Assembly (NCBI GenBank): GCA_028280285.1
Contig: JANQMA010000011.1
Span: forward strand, 58,520 to 122,519
Source: Candidatus Omnitrophota bacterium
GTDB taxonomy: Bacteria; Omnitrophota; Gorgyraeia; Zapsychrales; Zapsychraceae
DNA: 64,000 nt
Direction: 5' to 3'
This document shows positions 48,925-58,377 of the stretch, piece after piece. The notes beneath the pieces are model-generated. The model saw only the letters and a program-made list of their open reading frames with translations, had not been told where the DNA came from and made no database searches. The translations under genes were made by a program, and so were the position numbers. How positions within the stretch are numbered: the stretch's first letter is position 1; every line of letters starts with the position of its first letter.

Positions 48925-49941
48925 TTAAAACGCCTTCTGCCAACCAATGGTTGTAGTCAAGTCCGTCATCAACTGCGGGCCCTCCGCGTGAATATACGCA
49001 GGAAAACCGATTTCTAAAGCCAGACGGTGATCCTTAAAGATTCCTGAGGGAATCACGATATTAGTTCCAAACAAAAGATCCAAACGCTCATGTGCATAAT
49101 TATTAGGATCTGCGGTTGGAACCATACTAGCATTTAATTGATGATCACGTCCACGGATATGTCCGCGCTTGGTCGCGTTAACACGGAAAGACGTGCTGAA
49201 CCAATCAAGCCACTCATAGGCAATCCATGTCGTTAACCGGTACTCATTACCCAGCGTATACTTGTGTTCATTACGCCCATTACGTACAACGGAGCTGACT
49301 TGCGTGCCCCAGTTCCATTTGTCGTGTGTATCACTATAGGTAAGCCCCGGAAGCAGATCAAATGTGCCTGAACCAAGCTGCATCGGATATGGCAATTTTC
49401 GATCAGGCCCCATTAATGTCGCATCACGTTCACCAATCGAACCAGTCGGCATGCTTACTCCGAAATTAAACTGAACCTTTTTATTTAAGTATCTTTCCAA
49501 AGAAAACATCCCAGTTAATTTAAGGTCCCCAATGCCTTCGGTCCTTGTAGTGAAGGTTTTGCCATCTGTCCGGCGGACATGCGACATGGATTTAAAATGA
49601 TAAGGAAGCATAGCCATTAACGTCACCTCATCAGTGAGACCATACATCATTCCAACCATGTGCATATGCATATTCATCTTCGTTGGAGCAATCATAAATT
49701 CGTTATGCACTGACTCCTTTGATATATTTTTTGAGCCGGCATAAAGTTCGTCCATATCCATATACATATGTCGGTAAGAGACCATCCACTCCCCTTGTTT
49801 ATGCATATGATCGGCCATCACACCGATCGGCGCATGACCGGTAGGCGAAGCATGACCTTCATGTCCTGCATGAACTGCACCGGCACTAGCATTAAAAGCC
49901 AAAGTTAATAAAAACAAAAATGTTAAGAATAATTTTTTCAT
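48925..49941 (-). CDS. His/Met-rich outer-membrane beta-barrel, putative metal transporter
   Basis: Signal peptide from ATG 49941; HAPIGVMADHMH, MNMHMHM, GIGD, PTGS, MQLGSG; C-terminal Phe. Confidence 0.8.
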   Translation of the reverse strand: MKKLFLTFLFLLTLAFNASAGAVHAGHEGHASPTGHAPIGVMADHMHKQGEWMVSYRHMYMDMDELYAGSKNISKESVHNEFMIAPTKMNMHMHMVGMMYGLTDEVTLMAMLPYHFKSMSHVRRTDGKTFTTRTEGIGDLKLTGMFSLERYLNKKVQFNFGVSMPTGSIGERDATLMGPDRKLPYPMQLGSGTFDLLPGLTYSDTHDKWNWGTQVSSVVRNGRNEHKYTLGNEYRLTTWIAYEWLDWFSTSFRVNATKRGHIRGRDHQLNASMVPTADPNNYAHERLDLLFGTNIVIPSGIFKDHRLALEIGFPAYIHAEGPQLMTDLTTTIGWQKAF

Positions 49942-50013
49942 AATATTGATAGAACAATGGGTAAAATCATTGTTCAACCTTTCTATATATTGGAAATTGA
50001 AATTACATAAGTA

Positions 50014-50134
50014 TTTCGGTATTCGGTATCGATGCCCGTATCGGTTTTCGGTTGCGTTAAGCGTGTTGTATAACGACAACCGTTAACCGAACATACGAAA
50101 CGGGCTTCGCAACCGTAACCGAAAAACGTTACCG
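50014..50134. repeat. Degenerate inverted array of TCGGT/ACCG units (period 6-7)
   Basis: Left arm ttcggt attcggt..gcccgtatcggt tttcggttgcgtta pairs with right arm taacgacaaccg..cgaaacgggc..aaccgtaaccgaaa. Confidence 0.65.
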
Positions 50135-50147
50135 GTTTATGTATTTA

Positions 50148-50510
50148 TTATGAAGTGATAGGAACGTGCTCGATGGAAGGATAACTGCCTTCTTGTTTAA
50201 CAAGAACATGAAACAAAGAAAATAATAAAAACCGATGTGGGTGCGCACTTTGTTGTTTCTGCGCCATAATAAACTGTGGTGAACCGGCCTTATCTGTTTG
50301 CATAGGTGTATGTTGAGGTGCGGTTGCAACAAACGCAATGCCATCAATGGCTTGATGTTTTTTAATAAGCGCCTGCGTACATAGACAAATCGCCCGTCGG
50401 CCACCACACAGATTAGCTTCTTGCGCAACTTTAATGTAAATACCCAGCGGAAAAATCCATAGAAGGAAAGCGGCACACACACAAAGAGTAAGAAATTTAA
50501 AACCTGACAT
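50148..50510 (-). CDS. Small Cys/His-containing protein upstream of the OM barrel (DUF2946-like?)
   Basis: N-terminal hydrophobic segment, CGGRRAICLC, C-terminal IEHVP. Confidence 0.55.
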   Translation of the reverse strand: MSGFKFLTLCVCAAFLLWIFPLGIYIKVAQEANLCGGRRAICLCTQALIKKHQAIDGIAFVATAPQHTPMQTDKAGSPQFIMAQKQQSAHPHRFLLFSLFHVLVKQEGSYPSIEHVPITS

Positions 50511-50555
50511 AAGAGCTTACTTATAACAAAAAGAAGACTTGAGGTAAAGAAAAAT

Positions 50556-51263
50556 TTATTGTCCCTTAGGTTTATGTAGAAGCTTCCACGGATTGTTTTT
50601 CAAATCCTGGCTCATTTCCTCCAAATTAACACTTAAGCCGTGCATATGGGTCACAAGATCATCAATCTTTTGTTTATTCACTTCAAGACGCTCATCCGCA
50701 TTATTAAAAAACGACGACATTTTTGTCATGGTTGTATCCATCTGCGCCAAAATATTATCAATATGATCTTTGTTTTTGGTTAGACGCTCATTAAGGTTTT
50801 GCATAATGCCTTTTATATCGCCGGCAATGATCTTGCCTTCTTTAACAAGCTCTTCAATACTTTGCGGTTCGGTTCCGGCAATAACGGCTCCTTCAACAAG
50901 CTCAGCGGCCCCGGTATCGCCCGACTCAAGGCCAATATATTTCTCCCCCATAAACCCTAAATTCTTAACATGGGCCGTCGCGCCTTCACGCAAAACAGCA
51001 TCCGATTGCAGCCATAAGGTCAGCTCCATCGCCACATCATCGGCGATTTCCATAATCTGAATATCCTGAACGATTCCAACCTCATACCCATTATACATAA
51101 CAGGAGAATTCATATTAACACCGTCGATGTTTTTAAAATGAACTTTTATGATATACCCATCGCTCTTAAAAGCAAACTTTCCCGTCTGGAATGTCAGTAT
51201 GCCGAGTGCCGTTAAGACAATCGCTACCATAATTCCTACTTTGGTTTCTTTATTCAGTGCCAT
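50556..51263 (-). CDS. mlaD: MCE/MlaD lipid-transport protein
   Basis: ETKVG + TM, FKNIDG..SPV.YNG.EVG.V, GFMGEKYI, helical C-terminus ending NPWKLL. Confidence 0.9.
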   Translation of the reverse strand: MALNKETKVGIMVAIVLTALGILTFQTGKFAFKSDGYIIKVHFKNIDGVNMNSPVMYNGYEVGIVQDIQIMEIADDVAMELTLWLQSDAVLREGATAHVKNLGFMGEKYIGLESGDTGAAELVEGAVIAGTEPQSIEELVKEGKIIAGDIKGIMQNLNERLTKNKDHIDNILAQMDTTMTKMSSFFNNADERLEVNKQKIDDLVTHMHGLSVNLEEMSQDLKNNPWKLLHKPKGQ

Positions 51264-51311
51264 AACTTGCTCCTTTTTAAAAGATAGGGATTTATCCCTC
51301 TAACCCTATTT

Positions 51312-52082
51312 TCAATTAATCTGTATAGGTCCCTCAATTTCTCCATTGATAAACTGCTTCACAATGGGATCAGTCGAATTTTTAATTTCTTCGGGCGTTG
51401 CGATCTGTAAAATTTTCCCCTTATAAATCATCGCCATACGATCCGCTATTTTAAACGCGCTTTCCATGTGGTGCGTCACGACAATAGAAGTTAAATTTAA
51501 CTTTTTCGTCAAATCTAAAATCAGTTTATCCACATGCGAACAAACAACCGGATCAAGCCCGGCCGAAGGCTCGTCATAAAACACAATCTCGGGATCCATG
51601 GCAATGGCGCGGGCCAGGCCCACACGTTTTTTCATCCCCCCGGATATTTGACTTGGATAAAGATGCTCAAATCCCTGCAAGCCAACCAAACTCAACTTCA
51701 TTTTGGCAATAATCCCGATAATCTTTTCATCCAAATTTGTATGCTCCCTTAAAGGCAGACTCACATTTTCCTCAACGGTTAAAAAATCAAGCAGGGCTGA
51801 GGATTGAAAACTCATCCCAAAACGCCGTTTGACTTTTTCGCGTTCCTCCTCATTCAAATCGCCAATATTATTATCATTAAAATATATCTGCCCTGAAGTC
51901 GCTTTCACACCTCCGGTCATAATCCTGAGCAATGTGCTCTTCCCGCTTCCCGAGCCTCCCATAATGACAAATGTCTCTCCTTTATAAATATCAAGCGAAA
52001 CATCATCAAGAACTTTACGCTCATCATCAAATATTTTCACAATGTTTTTGACGGATATTGCAATGTCTTTATGTTCGCTCAT
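51312..52082 (-). CDS. mlaF: MlaF ABC ATPase
   Basis: GGSGSGKS, ISGGMKKRVGLARA, YDEPSAGLDP, DPIVKQF. Confidence 0.92.
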   Translation of the reverse strand: MSEHKDIAISVKNIVKIFDDERKVLDDVSLDIYKGETFVIMGGSGSGKSTLLRIMTGGVKATSGQIYFNDNNIGDLNEEEREKVKRRFGMSFQSSALLDFLTVEENVSLPLREHTNLDEKIIGIIAKMKLSLVGLQGFEHLYPSQISGGMKKRVGLARAIAMDPEIVFYDEPSAGLDPVVCSHVDKLILDLTKKLNLTSIVVTHHMESAFKIADRMAMIYKGKILQIATPEEIKNSTDPIVKQFINGEIEGPIQIN

Positions 52083-52084
52083 AA

Positions 52085-52882
52085 CTAAAAGTCCGAAAAG
52101 AAAAAGATGCCGGTTAATATGGCATCCGCAATAATAATTAATATAAAACTGGTGACGACACTGACTGTTGTCGCCTGCCCTACCCCAACAGCCCCGCCAC
52201 GCGTCTTAAGCCCCTGATATGCACCGACGAGAACAATAATAATGGCAAACACGACCGATTTGACTAAGCCAGTATAAATATCGGCTAAGGCTAAAAATTT
52301 GATCGCCGTCTGCCAATAAAGTCCGCTGTTAATATTTAGATTAAACACTCCGATCGCATAACCGCCGAATATCCCGGAAAAATCCCCGACAACCGTCAGA
52401 CACGGCAGCATAATGACAAGTGAAACAAGTTTCGGGACAACCAAAAACCGCACCGGATCAATGGCCATGGTATCAAGTGCTTCGAGCTGCTCATTAACTT
52501 TCATCGAACCGATCTCGGCCGTAATCGCCGCGCCAATCCTGCCGGCAATAACAAGCGCCGTTAAAACAGGACCCAACTCACGACAAATCGAGACAGTCAC
52601 AAGCCCCGCGACATAAAAGACCCCGCCCATTTTCTCAAGCTGCGGGGCCGACTGCATCGCCAGAACAACGCCGGTGAAAAACGTCACAAAAAAAACGATA
52701 ATGATCGAATGAATCCCCATGTAGACCATTTGATCAACAACGGCCTTGGGGTTGATGGGTTTCTTTCGAAAGGGACCAATACAAATCCAATAGATTGTGG
52801 CAAACATCAGCTGGCAAAATTCAAAGAAAACTGTAATCCAGCCGTATATCGCTCGCCCAATCTTTTCGAAAAATAAGATCAT
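52085..52882 (-). CDS. mlaE: MlaE ABC permease
   Basis: RELGPVLTAL..AGRIGAAITAEIGSMKVNEQLEAL, GGAVGVG.ATT.SVV. Confidence 0.93.
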   Translation of the reverse strand: MILFFEKIGRAIYGWITVFFEFCQLMFATIYWICIGPFRKKPINPKAVVDQMVYMGIHSIIIVFFVTFFTGVVLAMQSAPQLEKMGGVFYVAGLVTVSICRELGPVLTALVIAGRIGAAITAEIGSMKVNEQLEALDTMAIDPVRFLVVPKLVSLVIMLPCLTVVGDFSGIFGGYAIGVFNLNINSGLYWQTAIKFLALADIYTGLVKSVVFAIIIVLVGAYQGLKTRGGAVGVGQATTVSVVTSFILIIIADAILTGIFFFSDF

Positions 52883-52895
52883 ATATTTTGATTAG

Positions 52896-53285
52896 CTACT
52901 GGCTATTTTGTGCGGTGACGAGGTCTATTGTCCGGAATAATTCTTCTATATCGACCGGCTTTATCAGATAAGCATCTGCCCCCATATCGAGGCCTATAGC
53001 AACATCCTCTTGCGCGTCACGGGAGGTTAGAAGAATGATCGGAATATGGCCGGTAGCCTCTTCTGTTTTGAGCAGACGACAGACATTATAACCGTTGATC
53101 ACCGGCATCATGACATCCAGAATGATGAGATCAGGCCCGTCATTCATGGCCTTCTGAAGTCCAACAGGGGCCTCACTACTCACATCAACAGTATACCCAT
53201 GTTCGCCAAGGCGTTTTTCCAGCATTTTGTTGATCACAGGGTCATCGTCAATCACTAATATTTGCAACGATTTACTTTCACTCAT
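52896..53285 (-). CDS. Single-domain response regulator receiver
   Basis: ILVIDDD, PDLIILDVMMP, IILLT, GADAYLIKP. Confidence 0.93.
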   Translation of the reverse strand: MSESKSLQILVIDDDPVINKMLEKRLGEHGYTVDVSSEAPVGLQKAMNDGPDLIILDVMMPVINGYNVCRLLKTEEATGHIPIILLTSRDAQEDVAIGLDMGADAYLIKPVDIEELFRTIDLVTAQNSQ

Positions 53286-53352
53286 GGACTTATTCTATAC
53301 AGACTTTAGGCCTTAGACAAATTAAAAAACCATTTTTTGTAGATTGGTGGAT

Positions 53353-53508
53353 TCAGATAAGTAAATGCGACCTCAGAATACCAGCACATCAGAAAGAGAA
53401 TTCAGAGTGTCAGATTATCAGAAAAAGATTTCTGCCTTCAGAGATCAGATTTTATCTGAATTCCTTAATCTGCGTTCTCTTTCTGATAATCTGATATTCT
53501 GGACTCTG
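53353..53508. repeat. Inverted array of TCAGA-containing 8-mers
   Basis: cagaataccagcacatcagaaagaga and cagagtgtcagattatcagaaaaaga are inverted against tctctttctgataatctgatattctggactctg. Confidence 0.75.
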
Positions 53509-53511
53509 TAT

Positions 53512-54285
53512 TTATGTGCGCAAGCCCACACCCTTTTTCATCAGGTATAGGTTAACTGAGGTTAGGCCTATGATAAGAAATATCAGAAGAAACAGGCTTC
53601 CCATGATGCTGACATCGGTAAAGCCGTAAAATCCGAAGCGAAAACCATTGACCATATAAAGGATCGGATTGAATTTGGAAAGATTCTGCCAAATAGCCGG
53701 TAAATTAGAAATAGAATAAAAAACCCCGCCTAAATAAATGAGCGGTGCTAAAACAAATGTCGGAAATATAGAAACATCATCAAAGGTCTTGGCAAAGATC
53801 GCATTGGTAAATCCGGCCAGAGCAAACATAGCCGCTGTTAAAACCATAAACACAAATATGATACCTAAATCACTTATCACCGGTTTAGCAAAAAATATCG
53901 ATACAGCAAATACAAGGCTCCCTGCCATGATCCCTCTTAACATGCCTCCGGCCACATACCCCGCAATAATAATTCCGTTTGGAACGGGGGATACCAAAAG
54001 CTCTTCAACACTCCGTTGGAATTTAGAACTGAAAAATGAACCAACGACATTTGTATAAGAACCGGTGATAATCGCCATCATAATCAGACCGGGAATAATA
54101 AAAGCCATATAATCGACGCCATTGATATTGTTAATCTGTCGACCAAGAAATTTACCAAAAACCAAAAAATATAAACTCTGTGTAATAACCGGTGGAAGCA
54201 TTGTTTGCGTCCAGATCCGCAGAAAGCGCGTCATCTCCTTGCGCAAGATCGTCATAAAAGCGATGTAGTTCTGTCTGATTCGCAT
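53512..54285 (-). CDS. yadH: ABC-2 permease, YadH-like
   Basis: KEMTRFLRIWTQT..PP, YMAFIIPGLIMM, PLIYLGGVFYSI, NPILYMVN. Confidence 0.88.
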   Translation of the reverse strand: MRIRQNYIAFMTILRKEMTRFLRIWTQTMLPPVITQSLYFLVFGKFLGRQINNINGVDYMAFIIPGLIMMAIITGSYTNVVGSFFSSKFQRSVEELLVSPVPNGIIIAGYVAGGMLRGIMAGSLVFAVSIFFAKPVISDLGIIFVFMVLTAAMFALAGFTNAIFAKTFDDVSIFPTFVLAPLIYLGGVFYSISNLPAIWQNLSKFNPILYMVNGFRFGFYGFTDVSIMGSLFLLIFLIIGLTSVNLYLMKKGVGLRT

Positions 54286-54290
54286 GATAA

Positions 54291-54357
54291 AAGTTGCTGG
54301 TTGCTAGTTGCTAGCAAGTCCCCGAGCGACTAGCATCGAGCAACTAGCAACTGTTTG
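54291..54357. repeat. Inverted tandem heptamer array (TNGTTGC), same family as 39650
   Basis: aagttgc tggttgc tagttgc -spacer- gcgacta gcatcga gcaacta gcaactg tttg. Confidence 0.85.
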
Positions 54358-54358
54358 T

Positions 54359-55270
54359 CTATTTCCTTAGAATACTTAAAAACAAATTCTCAAGCCGGTT
54401 GTCCTTAGGTCGTATATCTTTCAAACACATGCCGGCCTTAACAAGCTCATTAACAAAAATACTTAAACGTTCCTTTTTATCCGAAACGATTTCAAACGTT
54501 TCCTCGTCAATTTCAAGCGGATTGTATTTGCTCAACTTATTAAGGTTCTTAACCTGATCGACGTGCACAACCAATGTCTCTTGCTCGACTAAATCAAGCA
54601 GATTACGCACCCGGTCATTTTTAATAATTTGACCGGTCTTAATGATGGCCGCCCGCTCACATAACCGTTCAACCTCTTCAAGATAATGTGTTGTCAGTAA
54701 AATCGTTGTCCCCTGCTCATTTAACTTAGTCAAAAACTTCCACATCGAATGACGCAACTCCACATCAACGCCTGCTGTTGGCTCGTCAAGGATAAGCAGT
54801 TTAGGCCGTGTAATCAAAGCGCGCCCGATCATAAGCCGGCGTTTCATCCCCCCCGAAAGGCCGCGCGAGGCAATATCACGCTTGCCCCATAACTCGAGGC
54901 TTTTTAAAATACCTTCAGCGTCAGCCAAAGCCTGAGCGCGCGGTATACCAAAATAGCCGGCCTCTGTAGTGAGAATATCAATGACTTTCTCGAATTGATT
55001 GAAATTAAACTCTTGTGGAACAACACCGATGGTTTGTTTAGCTGCAGAGAGATGTGTATCGATATCATGACCAAAGACACGGACTGTCCCACTGGTTTTA
55101 TTAACCAGTCCGGTCATAATACCGATGATCGTTGTTTTGCCGGCCCCGTTGGCCCCGAGAAGCGCGAAAAAATCACCTTCATCAACGGTTAAGTTGATTC
55201 CTTTCAGTGCTTCTGTCCCATCGGCATAAACTTTTTTTAAATTTTCTATTTCAACTGCATATTCTGACAT
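54359..55270 (-). CDS. yadG: ABC ATPase, YadG-like
   Basis: GANGAGKT, GVVPQEFNFN.FE, LSGGMKRR, DEPTAGVDVELR, TTHYLEE. Confidence 0.88.
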   Translation of the reverse strand: MSEYAVEIENLKKVYADGTEALKGINLTVDEGDFFALLGANGAGKTTIIGIMTGLVNKTSGTVRVFGHDIDTHLSAAKQTIGVVPQEFNFNQFEKVIDILTTEAGYFGIPRAQALADAEGILKSLELWGKRDIASRGLSGGMKRRLMIGRALITRPKLLILDEPTAGVDVELRHSMWKFLTKLNEQGTTILLTTHYLEEVERLCERAAIIKTGQIIKNDRVRNLLDLVEQETLVVHVDQVKNLNKLSKYNPLEIDEETFEIVSDKKERLSIFVNELVKAGMCLKDIRPKDNRLENLFLSILRK

Positions 55271-55273
55271 CTA

Positions 55274-55696
55274 TTACTCTTCATCTGTATGCAAACCAAT
55301 ATGCAATACTTCCCCCGTCTTGCCATCAATTTCAATGGCTATCGGAATAACAGGATACACCCCGGCAAAATACGTGTTTTCCCGGTCCTTAAAAAGCACA
55401 ACCCATTTGTCTTGCACATCGAATTGGAAGTTATCGCTCGGCGGACCTTCCAGATAAACCGGGCCTGTGGCCGTGTCCCAGATATATTGATGTTCAACTT
55501 TGATCGGTTTAAAACTATAAACGCGATCGCCTAACCCTCTATTTAAAATTTCTTTGTGCGCGATGAGAATCACTTCATTACGGTCAATGCCGTCGGTTAA
55601 ATCGACATATTTATACGCCTGATGAATATCTTGATAGCTGATCCTGTTCGCGCAGCCAGTGGTAAAAATTAATAATAAAAAAATGAAATATTTCAT
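55274..55696 (-). CDS. Hypothetical lipoprotein
   Basis: Lipobox-like LIFTTGC; C-terminal IEIDGKTGEVL (PepSY-like). Confidence 0.7.
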   Translation of the reverse strand: MKYFIFLLLIFTTGCANRISYQDIHQAYKYVDLTDGIDRNEVILIAHKEILNRGLGDRVYSFKPIKVEHQYIWDTATGPVYLEGPPSDNFQFDVQDKWVVLFKDRENTYFAGVYPVIPIAIEIDGKTGEVLHIGLHTDEE

Positions 55697-55704
55697 ATTG
55701 TTTT

Positions 55705-55767
55705 AATTAAGGGGACACAATACTTAATTATTAGTCTGATCGAATTAAGTATTGTGTCCCCTTAATT
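55705..55767. repeat. Perfect 25-bp-arm inverted repeat, arms identical to those at 40690
   Basis: AATTAAGGGGACACAATACTTAATT-13 nt-AATTAAGTATTGTGTCCCCTTAATT; contains the TAA stop of the upstream gene. Confidence 0.9.
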
Positions 55768-56532
55768 CCTCAGTCGCTGTTGTTCATGAAGCGCACGCCT
55801 GCGCATTTCCTGTTCGTATTGATTCTTTAAGATCTGCTGCTGCTTATAATAATCTTGTTGTATTTGCCGGTACTGCCTTTCGACTTGTTGAACCTGCTCT
55901 ATCCTTTCTCTCTGTATAGCCTGCATGCGCTGAGCCATGGCCTGCTGAATGGCTTCCTGATAGTAGCGCTGCATCATTTGCTGCATATATATATGCTGTG
56001 CCTGTATCGCAGCCAGCTGCGCCTGCTGCTGGGCGACCGCCATGACAATAATCTTGCGGTTTTGAACCATCGCCTCTTTAACCCCGAGCTTGATCACCTC
56101 TTGATAAACATACTCATCGCGCAAAGGATCAAGGATGCCGTTAATCACATTCCGGATTTGATTTTGCATCTGTTGCGGCGAGGCCCCTTTATCACGCAAT
56201 TCACGAAACTTATCGACGGCGTCCTTATACGCATCCTGAGGAAATGACTTAAGCGCTTCTTGCTTAAATACCTGCATGGCAATCATCTGAACAGCATTAT
56301 AGGTAATCTGCGGAAACACATTAATGTTTTGCGACTTCATAAAATCGGTGACAATTTTCCCTGTCTTTTCAATAATCGTAGCAATCACCATTTGTTCAAT
56401 AAGCTTCTGCGCTTGGCTGTCAACCTTTTGCTGCGTATACCGTGTATTCCCACTGGCATAAATGCCTTCATTGGCAGACGCCGGCGCGGATAAAAACACA
56501 CTTACAAACAATAACAGTATTATCCGTTTCAA
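55762..56532 (-). CDS. Secreted Gln-rich coiled-coil hypothetical protein
   Basis: Signal peptide (APASA); C-terminal third is Q/M/R-rich and helical. Confidence 0.7.
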   Translation of the reverse strand: MKRIILLLFVSVFLSAPASANEGIYASGNTRYTQQKVDSQAQKLIEQMVIATIIEKTGKIVTDFMKSQNINVFPQITYNAVQMIAMQVFKQEALKSFPQDAYKDAVDKFRELRDKGASPQQMQNQIRNVINGILDPLRDEYVYQEVIKLGVKEAMVQNRKIIVMAVAQQQAQLAAIQAQHIYMQQMMQRYYQEAIQQAMAQRMQAIQRERIEQVQQVERQYRQIQQDYYKQQQILKNQYEQEMRRRALHEQQRLRN

Positions 56533-57212
56533 ATTAATACCTTCTCTCCTTGCAGAATGGGAGACAGTGGTGTTACATCGATACGTAATCCCCCGTCGTG
56601 TTCGATCACAATTGTATAGATATACCCTGGAATAAACAGTGTGCCCGGTGCTTCAATCTGGGCATTCTTGACTCCGCGCGCCTTTTGTGTGGCAGGATCA
56701 AGTGCCACCGTCCAAAACTGATCCCACATTGTCTTCTCATACACCGTTTCGGAATGCTCTAGCTTATAGCCGGCTGGTATTTCATTGACCGGGGTCAGCT
56801 CATACTCCTGCGTGTTTTCCCCGTCTAACATAAAAACCTTCCAAAACAAAAACGCACTCTTTCCGCGCAAGCGGTCGGCATGTTTAACATGCTCATCATC
56901 AAAACGGATCACAAGCGATTGAAATTGGATAATATTTCCGGAAAAAGTGAAATACTTCGGCGCAAGCGGATTACCCTTAACATCATATTCCAAAAACTTA
57001 ATCGTCGTAAACGGCTTTTTCTTTTCTTCATTATAATGAACATTAGTGACCAACACCTCAGCCACACGGCTATCAGCCTGAAGGCGTTCGATCACCTGCT
57101 TAAGTACTCTATTCTCACTAAGCTTTGTATCAATGAACAAATACCCCTTTATCCCCACGACTGACACAACCACAATAATGACAATGTTTTTGACATTAGA
57201 AAGCCACTTCAT
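56529..57212 (-). CDS. Hypothetical membrane-anchored protein
   Basis: N-terminal TM helix; stop overlaps the next start codon. Confidence 0.7.
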   Translation of the reverse strand: MKWLSNVKNIVIIVVVSVVGIKGYLFIDTKLSENRVLKQVIERLQADSRVAEVLVTNVHYNEEKKKPFTTIKFLEYDVKGNPLAPKYFTFSGNIIQFQSLVIRFDDEHVKHADRLRGKSAFLFWKVFMLDGENTQEYELTPVNEIPAGYKLEHSETVYEKTMWDQFWTVALDPATQKARGVKNAQIEAPGTLFIPGYIYTIVIEHDGGLRIDVTPLSPILQGEKVLI

Positions 57213-57275
57213 GCCACCATTCTAGGGCGAATCAGGCCGATACGCAAATGTCTTAATAAATTTCTCAACCCTTAA

Positions 57276-57626
57276 CTATTGGCGTATAATTGATTCAACA
57301 TTATACCCGCCCCATTCAATCTTCTCTGTGATAAGTGCATCAGACATTTCATGCCCTTTTTTAAGATTAATTAATATTTCTTTCGTCGTTAAATCAATCC
57401 CCATCCCTGATACAGAATCTTCTTTAAAAAACACTTTTTCCAAGGATGTCGCGCAAAATGCACATACCAAACCCTTAGCCTTAACAATAATCACCTTTCC
57501 ATCAGGGTCATATACACCCTGTGTGATAGTAGACTCAACTTGTTGCTTTTCCTCAGCCAAGACAGAGACCACATTTATTGACATAAACATCAATATTGAT
57601 AAGAAAAATATAATAAATTTTTTCAT
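57276..57626 (-). CDS. Exported heavy-metal-associated (HMA) domain protein
   Basis: Signal peptide; KGLVCAFCA..LEK; GY near the C-terminus. Confidence 0.8.
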   Translation of the reverse strand: MKKFIIFFLSILMFMSINVVSVLAEEKQQVESTITQGVYDPDGKVIIVKAKGLVCAFCATSLEKVFFKEDSVSGMGIDLTTKEILINLKKGHEMSDALITEKIEWGGYNVESIIRQ

Positions 57627-57640
57627 GACTAACTCCTTAT

Positions 57641-58315
57641 TTAAAATCTAATGATTACATTTCCTAAAACATCTCCTTCATCACTTATACCCATTTCAAA
57701 CATAGATACACCTTTAATAAAACGGACAAACGGTGTTACTCTAAACTGATCAGGGTCATCAGGCTTATGATCTAATTTAAGCATAAGCCAAGTATGCAAA
57801 TCACCATACTCTCCTATATAAGGCGCAATGCCTAAAGTAATGCTTTGCTCAAACTCACGATCAAAGTCACCGAAATAATGATAACTATTTTCGTACTTTG
57901 TAAAATAACGCCTATCCTCCCAGTCAAGCGCCAGCCCGGTATAAACATGCGGCTGCACGGTGTGATCAAGCTCATTGCTTGTATCATGCGCAATACCGAC
58001 ACCGGACTTAAGATAAAAATTGGCCTGAGAGTCGATTTGATTCCATCGTTTAAGCAAATTATTCAACTGCAAAGAATGCGTTTGAATCTTTTTCTCATAC
58101 CAATAGGCGCCTTTATAGCCTACAGAATATTTGGCTGTAGGCGAGTAATGCCAATGAAGCGAACTTTTTTCTTTATCGTTTTTCTGCATCACCGTCCATC
58201 CACCAGGATAAGATACAGGACGGGCCTCGCCTAAGGTGGCAAAACACACGGCAATCATCACTGTCAAGCAAGTGACGAATGTTGAATTGAATTTATTTTT
58301 AATGCGTTTATTCAT
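57641..58315 (-). CDS. Putative outer-membrane beta-barrel protein
   Basis: Signal peptide, ARPVSYPGGW, alternating aromatic strands, C-terminal Phe. Confidence 0.65.
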   Translation of the reverse strand: MNKRIKNKFNSTFVTCLTVMIAVCFATLGEARPVSYPGGWTVMQKNDKEKSSLHWHYSPTAKYSVGYKGAYWYEKKIQTHSLQLNNLLKRWNQIDSQANFYLKSGVGIAHDTSNELDHTVQPHVYTGLALDWEDRRYFTKYENSYHYFGDFDREFEQSITLGIAPYIGEYGDLHTWLMLKLDHKPDDPDQFRVTPFVRFIKGVSMFEMGISDEGDVLGNVIIRF

Positions 58316-58377
58316 ATAAATCTCCTACTAAAAACATCCATTAGAAACAGCATGTAGTGTTCTTATGAAGCAAGAGA

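Noticed and set aside
49942-50079. N-terminal extension of the 384-aa ORF
   Set aside because: It runs through the repeat region; the signal peptide starts at ATG 49941
53365-53550. 61-aa ORF
   Set aside because: It is a translation of the octamer repeat region
50556-55270. mlaEFD next to yadGH as a novel system
   Set aside because: Both are common envelope transporters and their proximity is seen in other bacteria
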